Part shown: positions 47,564 to 56,767 of the stretch, piece after piece
Numbering within the stretch: the first letter of the stretch is position 1
Layout of the letters: each line of letters starts with the position of its first letter
Assembly (NCBI GenBank): GCA_036504675.1
Contig: DASXUT010000147.1
Coordinates: 10,545 to 74,544 of the forward strand
From: Bacillota bacterium
GTDB taxonomy: Bacteria; Bacillota; Sulfobacillia; JAJYWN01; JAJZPE01
Length of the DNA stretch: 64,000 nucleotides
Direction of reading: 5' to 3'
Program-made: the position numbers and the translations under genes
Notes under the pieces: generated by a model
Told to the model about the DNA's origin: nothing
The model's input: only the letters and a program-made list of their open reading frames with translations
Database searches by the model: none

Positions 47564-48658
47564 TCAGCGACCTGGCGGGCCCCACGTGACACCGCCATCA
47601 GTCGTCTCAAGCAGGGTGGTTCCGCCTTGGTCCAAGACCGCCCAACCAGTCTGATCGGTCACGAAATCGAGTTGCTTGACCGTGGCCAGGCTGGCCGCAG
47701 GGGTGAGAGTCTGCCAAGTCTGTCCCCCATCGGCGGTGGCGAAGAGCATGCCGCCGTCGGTGGCCCATCCGTGGGTTGGGTCCACAAAATCCCAAATCAA
47801 CTGACCTTCCGCGGAGATCTTGCTCTTGACCGGGGTGGTTGCCACCCAGGTGTGGCCGCCGTCGCGGGTCTGGTAGAAGATCGTATCGTAACCCGGGGTG
47901 AAGGTAACGGGCAGCACGCCATTCTGGGGGTCGAAGAACCGAGGCGCCCAGGTGCGCATTTGGTGATCCTGGAACACCGCAGGCGCCTGTATGGTTTGGG
48001 TTCGGAAGGTGTGCCCACCGTCATCGGTCCGGTAAAGCCAGATTCGGTTGCCTGTCCGCAGGTCGGCGGTCGCCCAGCCCGTGGATGCATCCCTGAAGGC
48101 GATGCCGCTCTTGACGCCCGGGAAAGGCAATGAGCCGACGGGCTCCTGCGGGGAGGGGTCGGTCTTGTTGACCAGGGTCCAGTCCTTGCCCCCGTCGGCC
48201 GTAGCGTAGACTTCAACGGCCTCCGACCCCATGGCCACGCCTTCCTGGTCGGTGAGCATCCAGCCGTGGGCGGCGTCGGCGAAGTTGAGATAGACCCGGC
48301 CTGCTTGGGGGCCGGGGAAGGTGTCCCACGACCTACCACCATCAGCCGTACGCAGGACAAGCAAAGCATTGACCCCATGGCCGATGACGACCCACCCGGC
48401 CTGCGCATTGAGGAAATAGGCAGCGTTGACATCTGACCCCGAGTTGCCCGGGATGGTGACCTTCAATGGGGTAACAGCCTGCCAGTTCTTCCCGCCGTCG
48501 GTGGTCCGTAAGATGGCACCACTGCCCAGCGCCCAGCCCGTATTGGAGTCGATCATCTGCAGCCAGGTGATGGCGGTCTCGAGAATCTTGGGTTGGACCG
48601 CGCAGCCTGAGGCCAACAACAGTACCAGCAGCACAGTTGACCACTTCGCCCACTTCAT
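47564..48658 (-). CDS. lipoprotein, 7-bladed DGGxxW (BNR/Ycf48-like) beta-propeller
   Basis: lipobox LLLASGC; seven repeats TDGGKNW/ADGGRSW/ADGGKDW/DDGGHTF/RDGGHTW/ADGGQTW/TDGGVTW. Confidence 0.7.
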   Translation of the reverse strand: MKWAKWSTVLLVLLLASGCAVQPKILETAITWLQMIDSNTGWALGSGAILRTTDGGKNWQAVTPLKVTIPGNSGSDVNAAYFLNAQAGWVVIGHGVNALLVLRTADGGRSWDTFPGPQAGRVYLNFADAAHGWMLTDQEGVAMGSEAVEVYATADGGKDWTLVNKTDPSPQEPVGSLPFPGVKSGIAFRDASTGWATADLRTGNRIWLYRTDDGGHTFRTQTIQAPAVFQDHQMRTWAPRFFDPQNGVLPVTFTPGYDTIFYQTRDGGHTWVATTPVKSKISAEGQLIWDFVDPTHGWATDGGMLFATADGGQTWQTLTPAASLATVKQLDFVTDQTGWAVLDQGGTTLLETTDGGVTWGPPGR

Positions 48659-48870
48659 GAGGCCAACACCTTTCATCTATGGGGGACGGTGACACAGCAG
48701 ACGTCGTCACGATGACCCGGAGGCCGGCGACCGATGACCAGCAAGTACACGCCGTTGGCCTTGAGGAAAGCCCCGGCGTCTGCCGGGGCTCAGGCAAGGG
48801 GTTCAAAGCTTGCAGCCACTTCAGAAGGCTTCATTGTGAAAATTGCGTGGGGACAAGGACCGCGTCCGAA

Positions 48871-48904
48871 TGAGAGCAGCGTCCTCATGAGAGCAGCGTC
48901 CTCA
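48871..48904. repeat. perfect tandem duplication of a 17-bp unit TGAGAGCAGCGTCCTCA (x2, degenerate third copy follows)
   Basis: read directly, just 3' of the GNAT-Trx gene. Confidence 0.6.
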
Positions 48905-48934
48905 CCAGAGCGGCATCCCCAGAGAACCGTGCGT

Positions 48935-49768
48935 TCACTTCCCTCCGAGCGCCTGGGCCACCTCGTCGCGAAAACGTCCACCCTCGGTCACGTGGACGTA
49001 GATGGGACAGCCGTCGATGACGGCCTCGGCCGCCGGCCAGTCCTCCGCGGCCGGGTCGCGCCAGGAGTCGACGAAGAGGATCTCGTGCTTGGGCGAGGCT
49101 TCTCTGATCTGCTTGGCCATCTGGTCGGCGAAGACGTAGGACCACTGGCAGTGCGGGGTGTAGAAGACGAGGGCCCGGCCCGACGGGAGAAGGTTGCCGC
49201 GCCGCCCCGTGACCGAGCGGGCCTTGGCCCGCTCGTACTTGCCGTGCACTTCAAGGTACATCTCCCGGGTCCCGTCCGGTCCCGGCGCGAAGCCGAACCT
49301 CCGGTACAGGTCGGACATGGATTGGCCCTCGCCGGAGTCGAAGAGGGGGGCGCGGATGAACCTGACCTGCCGTCCGGCCATGGCCTTGAGCTTGCGGGTG
49401 CGGACCTCCTCGAGGAAGTTCTCGAGCAGGGCCGAGCCGAGACCTTGCCGGCGGTGTTCGGGGGCGCCGGTGTAGACGCAGTAAAGGACGATCACGTCGC
49501 GCCGGGCCGGGGTCCGTGGTCCGGCGTCCTCCGGGTAGAACATCAGTTGAGCCGCGGGTTTCCGGTCGAGGTAAGCGATTTTCGCGATGGGGCCGTTTGC
49601 TCGGATCACTTCAGTGAGCCATTCGCGTTTGATTCGTGCCCCTTCTGTGTGGATTGGTTGAACGGCGTGCTCTTTCGAGCATACAGCGATGAGATCATCG
49701 ATGAGGGTTGGGGCCACGTCGCGAATGGCTATCCGCCGGTTGTCCGGCGGAAGCCGCGATGCGGACAT
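48935..49768 (-). CDS. GNAT acetyltransferase fused to C-terminal thioredoxin/glutaredoxin-like domain (CxxS)
   Basis: GNAT motif RRQGLGSALLENFLEEV; C-terminal LVFYTPHCQWSYVFADQMAKQI...VIDGCPIY. Confidence 0.55.
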   Translation of the reverse strand: MSASRLPPDNRRIAIRDVAPTLIDDLIAVCSKEHAVQPIHTEGARIKREWLTEVIRANGPIAKIAYLDRKPAAQLMFYPEDAGPRTPARRDVIVLYCVYTGAPEHRRQGLGSALLENFLEEVRTRKLKAMAGRQVRFIRAPLFDSGEGQSMSDLYRRFGFAPGPDGTREMYLEVHGKYERAKARSVTGRRGNLLPSGRALVFYTPHCQWSYVFADQMAKQIREASPKHEILFVDSWRDPAAEDWPAAEAVIDGCPIYVHVTEGGRFRDEVAQALGGK

Positions 49769-49958
49769 CCTATCACCCCCATCAATGCGTGTTCACCGGC
49801 GAGCGCCACTTTCCTGCCGACTCCAAGGCGGCAACCGGCGTAGAAAAGAGACCCCCGCGGAAGGTCAGAAGGCCGACCGGACGGGGCTGACCCGTCGGAG
49901 CGGCCTTTCATGAACCCTGCTCTGCCCCTCTGATTGGTGGGGGGGCCCCCTGGCGGTT

Positions 49959-50771
49959 TTAGAACGGGATGTTCGGGAACGGAACCGGTGCCGGGTTCAG
50001 ATTGTGCCGGCCGATGTGGAAGAAGGTGACCGGGCCGACCACGCCGTCGCTGCTGATATGCTCCGAATCCTGGAAGTTGGCCACGGCGGTCTCGGTCTTC
50101 GGGCCATAGAACCCATCGAGGGCCCCGGCGTAGAACCCGAGGTTCTTCAGGATGGTCTGGACAAAGGTCACGTCAAGGCCGTTGCGACCCTGGAACAGCC
50201 CCCGCCCGCCGGCAAAGGTGTAGATCCAGAAAGCATCGAAGGTGCTGCCGTCGACGTTGCCATCGGTCGGCATGTCGGTGTCGCCGTTGGCGATGGCGTC
50301 GGCCTGGAAGGCCTGCACGGCGGCCTTGTTCTTGGGCCCGAAGAGGCCATCGGCCGGGCTGCCCACGATCAGCGAGTAGCGGAAGGTGTTCAGCCGGTTC
50401 TGCATGATCTTGACGTCGCCGCCGGTCATCCCCGGCGAGAGGTTGCGGCTGCCGAACACCGGGCCACCGTAGGTGGTGTTGGGACCCACTCCCTGGCCGA
50501 AAGCGAAGAAGGTCTGAGGCCCGACGATGCCGTCAACCGACAGGCGGAAGTAGGACTGGACCCGCCGGACGGCCGCGTCGGTGGCGGCGCCGAAGACCCC
50601 GTCGATGGAAATCGTCGGCCCCAGCGGCTCCGCAGGCATGACGTCGACCATCACATCGAAAAGGTACTGGAGGACGGCCACGTCGGTTCCCCGTTGGAGG
50701 ACCGGGGTCAGCTTGAGGTTCCGGCTGCCGAACGGGATAAAGGGCGGGAAGAGAGCGCCAAAACGAGCCAT
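49959..50771 (-). CDS. protein with three peptidoglycan-binding (PG_binding_1-like) repeats
   Basis: repeats G.DV..LQ..L..(x)..DG.FG..T..AV..FQ three times. Confidence 0.7.
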   Translation of the reverse strand: MARFGALFPPFIPFGSRNLKLTPVLQRGTDVAVLQYLFDVMVDVMPAEPLGPTISIDGVFGAATDAAVRRVQSYFRLSVDGIVGPQTFFAFGQGVGPNTTYGGPVFGSRNLSPGMTGGDVKIMQNRLNTFRYSLIVGSPADGLFGPKNKAAVQAFQADAIANGDTDMPTDGNVDGSTFDAFWIYTFAGGRGLFQGRNGLDVTFVQTILKNLGFYAGALDGFYGPKTETAVANFQDSEHISSDGVVGPVTFFHIGRHNLNPAPVPFPNIPF

Positions 50772-50892
50772 TGTTCCTTGTACCCCTCCTTTCCGTCTAT
50801 ACCCAGGTTATGCGGGTTCACGGGAACGGTGCCGGGGTCGACCGGGTGGGAGGGTTTCCCTGCCCTGGGCCGGGCCAAATGGGCGAAAGGCC

Positions 50893-50925
50893 CTTCCGCG
50901 AAATGGCGGAAGGGCCTGCTGTTCT
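50893..50925 (-). terminator. probable terminator: 11-bp perfect hairpin GGCCCTTCCGC-(6 nt)-GCGGAAGGGCC followed by UUUCGCCCAUUU on minus transcript
   Basis: read directly. Confidence 0.4.
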
Positions 50926-50968
50926 CGATGGGGACTGATTGGCAATGGCGGGATGGGCGGCGGGTCGC

Positions 50969-51022
50969 CCGGGACGCACGTCCCGGTGGGCCGGCGTGTC
51001 CCGGTGGGCCGGCGTGTCCCGG
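50969..51022. repeat. palindrome CCGGGACGCACGTCCCGG followed by tandem 18-bp repeat GTCCCGGTGGGCCGGCGT x2 (+ partial third GTCCCGG)
   Basis: read directly, immediately 3' of UPF0316 gene stop. Confidence 0.6.
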
Positions 51023-51030
51023 CCTGCGCC

Positions 51031-51561
51031 CTACTTGTCCTTCCGGTAGTTGAAGATGCCCCCGCGCGACGACCGGGTGTCCAGGGCCGTGATGAACGAC
51101 CCGGGGGCGAGCCGGTCGACCAGGGCCAGGAGGGCCCTCTGGGTCCGGCGGGCGAGGGTGACCATGAGGACGTGCCTGATCCCCTCTCGGCCCTCTCCGA
51201 TCAGGGAGGTGACCCCGAACCCGCACTCCCGGGCCGCCTCGATCAGCGCGTGGGCCTGGCTCTCGTCGGCCGGGATGATCTGCATCGTCAGGGTCCCGAT
51301 GGCCAGCTTCTCCTCAACCAGCATGCCGACAAAGGTACCGCTGGCAAAACCCAGGGCGTAGGCAACGATCTTGAATGGGTCGTTGAAGCCGCCGGCCATC
51401 ACCCAGCTGAGGGCGGTGATGTAGATCGAGACCTCGAAGAAGCCGCAGACGGCGGCCCATCCGCGCCGGCCGCGGACGACCAGGATGGTCCGGACGGTCG
51501 ACAGGGAGACATCCATGATCCGGGCGATGAAGATGAGAAAGTAGGAGAGGAAGAGTTCCAT
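51031..51561 (-). CDS. UPF0316/DUF2179-family membrane-associated protein
   Basis: 176 aa; family-typical N-terminal TM hairpin and C-terminal LTMQIIPADE...GFGVTSLIGEGREG. Confidence 0.7.
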   Translation of the reverse strand: MELFLSYFLIFIARIMDVSLSTVRTILVVRGRRGWAAVCGFFEVSIYITALSWVMAGGFNDPFKIVAYALGFASGTFVGMLVEEKLAIGTLTMQIIPADESQAHALIEAARECGFGVTSLIGEGREGIRHVLMVTLARRTQRALLALVDRLAPGSFITALDTRSSRGGIFNYRKDK

Positions 51562-51610
51562 GGGGGCAACCTCCTATGGGCGCGGGACTGAGCTGTACGC
51601 AAACGCGGCA

Positions 51611-52003
51611 TCAAAGATGCGGAAGGATGCTCTTGACGAGAAGGCCCAACCCAACCGCCGTGAGCGTGCTCGCCAGAGTGCCAACGAGATAGTACTCCGC
51701 AAGACCTTTCTTGTCCAGTTCTTTGAACCTGGCCAGAGACTTCGCGGCGATTACCAGTCCGACGCCCGAGAGTGCGTCGGCGAAGACCAGCGTCAGCAAC
51801 AGTCCGCGTTCGAGGATCCCGATGTGGCGGCCGACCCGCCTTTCCACCTCCGGCGGTTCAAGGTCGAAATCGCCGGGATCGACCTGGACTACATCCAGGA
51901 GCTTTCGAACCAGGACTTCCCCCCCGAACATCACCACAACATAGGTCCACGCAACTAAGAGAACCCGATGGATTGGGCCGATCGCCGATGCGGCGACCTG
52001 CAC
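51611..52003 (-). CDS. small integral membrane protein (possibly DUF3307-like, SatD partner)
   Basis: 130 aa, 3-4 TM; RHIGILERGLLLTLVF motif; family call is recollection only. Confidence 0.35.
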   Translation of the reverse strand: MQVAASAIGPIHRVLLVAWTYVVVMFGGEVLVRKLLDVVQVDPGDFDLEPPEVERRVGRHIGILERGLLLTLVFADALSGVGLVIAAKSLARFKELDKKGLAEYYLVGTLASTLTAVGLGLLVKSILPHL

Positions 52004-52125
52004 TTGTTGACCGAGGCCAGCAGCAATAGGCGAGCGAACCGGTCCACCACGGCCAACCCAAGCTGCCGGGACGCCGAACCGTCACCTGGTCTCACCCTTT
52101 CGAAGGTGAATCGGCGCAAATCACC

Positions 52126-52746
52126 CTATGCTGGGTGAGCAGCCACCAACTGTCCGATGTCACGCAGGGCCGCCTCGCCTCGCCGAACTGCCGCCCAGCG
52201 GGCGGCCCGACAGCGCTTCTCGACGTTCTGCAGGGCAATTCCGAGCTTCCTTCCGGCCGCCTCGTAGGTGCCTTCCAGTTCATAGGATTGAACAGCTTCC
52301 CATTGCTCGTCCGTCCACCGCGAGAAGACGGCGTCCATCAGTTCAAGTAGGCCCCCGGCAATGACATCTGCCCGGGCGTTCCCGGAGACGACCGCCGTGC
52401 CGGGGTGTCTGCCGCCCTTGAGGCTATCCAGCGCATCCCGTGAACGAAAGAAGGCTTCGCCGGTCAAGTTCCACGATGTTTGGGCTCGTTGCTCCGGGGC
52501 CGGCCCAAGGCCGATGCCAACTCGCAGAGCGAATGGCCGGCAACGGTAGCGCAGGTGACGGACGAGCTCGGGAGCGGTCAAGTAGCCGGAACAGACGCCT
52601 TGAACCTCATCCCCGCGAGAGACGGTGAAGGGCAGTACGAGATTTGGATGGCTGAGCTCCCGAAGGCGATTCTCAAGGCTGACCTGGACGCCTTCGTATC
52701 CCCTGGAGCCAATGACGTCGGCGGTAATCACGGTCACCAGCCGCAT
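52126..52746 (-). CDS. SatD-like protein: N-terminal ITADVIGSR domain + C-terminal sigma-70 region-4-like HTH
   Basis: 206 aa; N-term MRLVTVITADVIGSRGYEG; C-term helix-turn-helix resembling ECF sigma region 4. Confidence 0.45.
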   Translation of the reverse strand: MRLVTVITADVIGSRGYEGVQVSLENRLRELSHPNLVLPFTVSRGDEVQGVCSGYLTAPELVRHLRYRCRPFALRVGIGLGPAPEQRAQTSWNLTGEAFFRSRDALDSLKGGRHPGTAVVSGNARADVIAGGLLELMDAVFSRWTDEQWEAVQSYELEGTYEAAGRKLGIALQNVEKRCRAARWAAVRRGEAALRDIGQLVAAHPA

Positions 52747-52879
52747 CTCCTATTAACCCTCCCAGCGGTGAAGACGGCCACTTCACCCGCGACGCGGTGA
52801 AGCATTCGCCGGCGGGCCGCCGAATCCTCCGGCGACCGGCCCCGGTTCCCCAAAAAGGAGGCCGCCCGGGCCTGTCCGT

Positions 52880-54725
52880 CCAGTTTGACACCTCATTTAC
52901 GTAAATCGTTGCAGCCGAAGGGCTGCAACGATCAAGGGTAGGACGTACCACAACATTGCTCTCGGGGGTCAGATTAGGCCCGTGGCAGCTCCTTCACATG
53001 CACCGGCGGCCTCATCCCCAGGGCCCGGAAGGCCAGGTCGGCATGGCCGACAAGCTCCGTCCGGGCCAGGTACCGCTGACCATCGAGGTGGATCTCCACC
53101 GCCTTCAGTTGCGACAGGTGTAAGAGTAGGTCATCGTAGCGGACGTCCTCGGCCAACTCCCTCAGCCTCCGCCGCAGGGCCACTTCCAGGACAAGGGCCA
53201 GGAAGCAGACCATCACGTGCCCCCGAATCCTCTTCTCCGTCCAGTGATAGACCGGCCTCAGGTCAAGGCCGGACTTCAGTTCTCGGAATGCTCGCTCCAC
53301 CTGCCAGAGGCTCTTGTAGGAGAGGGCCGCCTCTTCCGGGCTCAGATCGCTGTTGGTCCTGATCACGTACTTGCCATCATACCGGGCTTCTTCCTGAAGG
53401 GCCTTGTCATTGATCCTCAGCTCGGCCCCGTCGATCTTCAGATACCTCCGGTAGGCGCTGTTGCCAATGAGCTGCTTGGCCTTGCCCGATCGGAGCTTGT
53501 CTCTAAGGCTCGCCACCGCTGCTTCCCGGACCTTGGCGTCGTGTTCAACTTCATCCGGGTTCAGGCAGACGACGTAGCGAATCCCGTCATGGACGACTTC
53601 TTTCACCTCGAGGTTCTTGGCCACCTTGTGGTAGCGCCCCGCCCGCGAGAGGACCTCGTCGGCCGCCTTGAGCTTTCTCATCCTCACCCCGACGAGGTAT
53701 TCCAGGTGGGCGTTCTCGATCTCCTCAAGGACCTTCTTGGCAACCATTCCCCGGTCGGCCACCAGGATCACCCTTGAGAGGTTGAACCGCTCCTTCACGC
53801 TCTTCAGCACCTGGCGGAAGGTGTCCACCTCGGCCGTGTTCCCGGGGAAGACCTCGTGGGCGATGGGGAAGCCGTCCCGGGACATCAGCACCCCCACCAT
53901 GATCTGCACCTGGTCGGGCCGCTTGTCCTCGGAGAAGCCGTACTCGGCCAGCCCCTCCGCGGCCCGGCCCTCGAAGTAGGTGGTCGTGGTGTCCCACAGG
54001 ACGAGGTCCAGGTTGAGGTTGAAGAGATCACTCGATCGCGCGTAGACCGCCTTCTCGATCCCTTCCTTGTGCTCGTCGAGAAAGTCCAGGGCCCGGTAGA
54101 AGTGGTGCAGCTCAAGCTGCTCCCACTCGGGGCGGTGGACGGTCTTCATCCACTCGCTCACCCCGAGCTTGGACATCGGGTCCACAAGGCGGTTCAGGGC
54201 CATGGCGAAGGCGGCCTCGGCCAGGTCCGAGACGATGGCCGTGTCCGAGAGGAGCCGCTCGAACACATCCTGGAGGCCGAGGTCCTCCCAGAGCCGGCGG
54301 AAGATCAGGGCGGGGCCCCACGTCCTGGCCCACTTGGCTTCGGGGGCCAGGAGCCGGGCCTGTTTCCTGATGAGCTCATGCCGGCTGAACTTGGCCAGGC
54401 CCTCGACGAGACGGTCCAATTGGCCGTCCTCAAGCTCGTCGAGGCGCCCGAGGTTGGCGACGACCTTCTGGCGGACCCTGTCACCGACACGCACGCCGGC
54501 GACAATCTGGAGGTATGTGCGGCTGGAGCCGTCCTTGTTCTTAAAGGTCTTTGTGCGTACGAACATAGCATAATCATAGTACCATGATTACCCGGTAAAT
54601 GCAATACCTTAGGGCTGCACACGTGGCACAACATTTCGAGACCTTGGAGAATCCCGCTCTTCGCGTACCAGGCCTTTGTCCGTTCCGCAGCATCCAAAAA
54701 GCCCGTCAGCTGTCAAACTAGAGTT
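52880..54725 (-). mobile_element. IS1634-family insertion sequence (boundaries approximate)
   Basis: single DDE transposase ORF; flanking imperfect direct repeats AGGGCTGCA...CACAACATT (52919-52960 and 54609-54636), palindromes ATTTACGTAAAT and GTTGCAGCC-GAAG-GGCTGCAAC at left end; AT-rich right flank. Confidence 0.35.
52974..54566 (-). CDS. IS1634-family (IS4 superfamily) DDE transposase
   Basis: 530 aa; N-terminal MFVRTKTFKNKDGSSRTYLQIV hallmark, DDE region ...VADRGMV...; family-typical length. Confidence 0.9.
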   Translation of the reverse strand: MFVRTKTFKNKDGSSRTYLQIVAGVRVGDRVRQKVVANLGRLDELEDGQLDRLVEGLAKFSRHELIRKQARLLAPEAKWARTWGPALIFRRLWEDLGLQDVFERLLSDTAIVSDLAEAAFAMALNRLVDPMSKLGVSEWMKTVHRPEWEQLELHHFYRALDFLDEHKEGIEKAVYARSSDLFNLNLDLVLWDTTTTYFEGRAAEGLAEYGFSEDKRPDQVQIMVGVLMSRDGFPIAHEVFPGNTAEVDTFRQVLKSVKERFNLSRVILVADRGMVAKKVLEEIENAHLEYLVGVRMRKLKAADEVLSRAGRYHKVAKNLEVKEVVHDGIRYVVCLNPDEVEHDAKVREAAVASLRDKLRSGKAKQLIGNSAYRRYLKIDGAELRINDKALQEEARYDGKYVIRTNSDLSPEEAALSYKSLWQVERAFRELKSGLDLRPVYHWTEKRIRGHVMVCFLALVLEVALRRRLRELAEDVRYDDLLLHLSQLKAVEIHLDGQRYLARTELVGHADLAFRALGMRPPVHVKELPRA

Positions 54726-54842
54726 CGAGGCTTCCGCCCCCGCCCGTGCCAAGGATGGCGCAACCGAGCAATAGGTCTTCCTGTTCCTGAAGGGTGAGGA
54801 CACGCATGGGGTGAGGCTCCTTTCAGATCACCGAGGGGGACG

Positions 54843-55160
54843 TCAGGCGCCGGCCAGATGGTCCGCCATTAACCCGAGAACCCGATCCAGATAGACCCGG
54901 ATCTCCCCCTCGCTATTGAGGCCGTAATACTTCTCCCGCTCGATTTCCCGAGCGACAGCCTTGATCGCCTCGTCGGCGAACCCGCACCGCTCCAGGGCAG
55001 CGGCCAAACGGCCGGCCGCATCGATGAGCCGGAACGGCCCGTAGTCCTTGGGTTCGTCGGCGAGGAGCTTGGCCGCCGAGAGCATGAAGGTCATCACCTT
55101 GAAGACCTCCCTGGCCAACCTGGCCCGGTCGGCCTCCGGGCCGTTGTCGACCGCGCTCAT
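54843..55160 (-). CDS. hypothetical protein (105 aa), last gene of catabolic cluster
   Basis: ORF track; ATGA overlap with nitroreductase stop; GC3-rich. Confidence 0.4.
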   Translation of the reverse strand: MSAVDNGPEADRARLAREVFKVMTFMLSAAKLLADEPKDYGPFRLIDAAGRLAAALERCGFADEAIKAVAREIEREKYYGLNSEGEIRVYLDRVLGLMADHLAGA

Positions 55161-55702
55161 CCGGCCTCACCTCCAATGAAGGGTTGTCCGAAGCGGTTGC
55201 GATGGGCGACTTCGGCCAGGGGGCGCCGCCGCCCCTGGCGGTCCGGGCCGTCCAGGTACCCCAGGGTCACCAGAAGCTCCAGGTGGACCTCGCTCGGCAG
55301 GCCGAGGAGGCGGGAGACGGTCGGCGGATCGTACGACAGCACAGGGCAGGACCCTAGCCCCGCCGCCTGGGCCTCGAGCAGGATGTTCTGCCCGGCCATC
55401 GCCGCATCCATGGCTGGGAGGTTCTCGCTCCGGTCACCCGGGGCCCGGCGGGATTCATCGATACAGATGGCGATGACCGCCGTCGGCCGGCCGATGATCC
55501 CGGGGGCGAAGGCCATGAGCCGTTCCACCAGCCCCGGGTCGTCAACGGCGATGAAGACGCAGGGTTGGCGCCCCGACCCGCTGGGCGCCCACTGGCCGGC
55601 CTCGATTAGGCGGCTGAGGTCGGCTTCGGGGACTGGCCGATCAGTGAAGCGGCGAGTCGCCCGTCGCGCCTTGATCAGGTCCATGATGCTGCCGGTGCCC
55701 AT
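55157..55702 (-). CDS. nitroreductase-family NAD(P)H-flavin oxidoreductase
   Basis: IKARRATRRF N-terminal motif, 181 aa. Confidence 0.8.
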   Translation of the reverse strand: MGTGSIMDLIKARRATRRFTDRPVPEADLSRLIEAGQWAPSGSGRQPCVFIAVDDPGLVERLMAFAPGIIGRPTAVIAICIDESRRAPGDRSENLPAMDAAMAGQNILLEAQAAGLGSCPVLSYDPPTVSRLLGLPSEVHLELLVTLGYLDGPDRQGRRRPLAEVAHRNRFGQPFIGGEAG

Positions 55703-55705
55703 CTG

Positions 55706-56752
55706 CTATTGTGCCTCCAGCTTCCGGGAGAGGTCGAGCAGTCCGGGGTGAACCACCTTGCCCTCCCGGAGCAGCGCCACGCCTTCCAGCCAGACCGAGG
55801 CGTTCAGGCAAATTCCGTCGGTATGGGACTTGGCCGGGATCCCGTTCGGCGGGGCATCGCTGGGGGCGACATAGCCGAGCCCCCACTCGGTCACTCCCCA
55901 GACCCGCTCATCTTCCAGGACGTTGCCGGTGAGACGGGCACCGGGGTTGAACCCGTAGGCGATGTGGGCCATCCGAAGCATGTTCGGATCGCCGAAGGAC
56001 TCGAGCCAGGCTCGGTAGCGGAGGGCGTCCCGACCGCCGTCGATGGCCTCCACCCGGCCCTCCTTGACCGTCAACCGCACCGGAGCGTCGACGATCCGGT
56101 TCAACGGCGGGCTGATCGTCCCGTCGAAGACGATGACCCCCTCGATCGAGGGGTAAGCCGGACACCAGCTGATCTGGCCGGACAGGAAGTAGACCCCGGG
56201 AACGTCGGCCCGACCGGCGTCGCAAGAGACCGGCCGGGTCGGGTCGTTGAAGAAGTGTACGTCCGTGCCGGCCGGGGTGGTCACCCGCATCTCCTTAGCC
56301 GCCCGAGTCATCTCGGCAACCTTGGTCATGAAGGCCCGCAGCGGCTCGTGGTCGACCCTGCCGATCGTCCTGACCATCATGTCGACGTTCATCCCGACCA
56401 GGCAGATGTAGCGCAGCCGCGGGTTATCCCGGGTGGCCAGCTCAAAGGGGGTCGAATAGAGGAGCCACTGGTTATTGAACTCGATCCAGGCGTCGACCTT
56501 GGTCAGCGCGGCCCCCAGGGCCTCCACCGGCAGGGCCGGGTCGGCCGCCTTGCCGACCCCGGTCGGGCTGGCGACGGTGATGACCATTGGCTTGGCCCCG
56601 GCGGCGTGGGCCGCGGCGGCGGTGGCTTCGACCACCCGCTCGTCGGACTCGGTGTCGGCCGTGATGGCCAGGACCTCTCCGGGCTTCAGCCCCAGGATCT
56701 CACGGGCCAGGATGTTCGCCGCCCGGTGCAGTTCGTATTCGTGGATTGGCAC
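55706..56752 (-). CDS. M29-like (aminopeptidase T/AmpS-like) metallopeptidase family protein, copy 1
   Basis: 348 aa; N-terminal pattern ...LGLKPGEVLAITAD...AGAKPMVITV and C-terminal HTDGI block; paralog of next gene. Confidence 0.5.
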   Translation of the reverse strand: MPIHEYELHRAANILAREILGLKPGEVLAITADTESDERVVEATAAAAHAAGAKPMVITVASPTGVGKAADPALPVEALGAALTKVDAWIEFNNQWLLYSTPFELATRDNPRLRYICLVGMNVDMMVRTIGRVDHEPLRAFMTKVAEMTRAAKEMRVTTPAGTDVHFFNDPTRPVSCDAGRADVPGVYFLSGQISWCPAYPSIEGVIVFDGTISPPLNRIVDAPVRLTVKEGRVEAIDGGRDALRYRAWLESFGDPNMLRMAHIAYGFNPGARLTGNVLEDERVWGVTEWGLGYVAPSDAPPNGIPAKSHTDGICLNASVWLEGVALLREGKVVHPGLLDLSRKLEAQ

Positions 56753-56767
56753 GGGTTGACTCCCTCC

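Noticed and set aside
47284-47610. 108-aa minus ORF upstream of the amidohydrolase gene
   Set aside because: Covers the palindromic operator/G-tract intergenic region; Pro/Arg-rich; no SD
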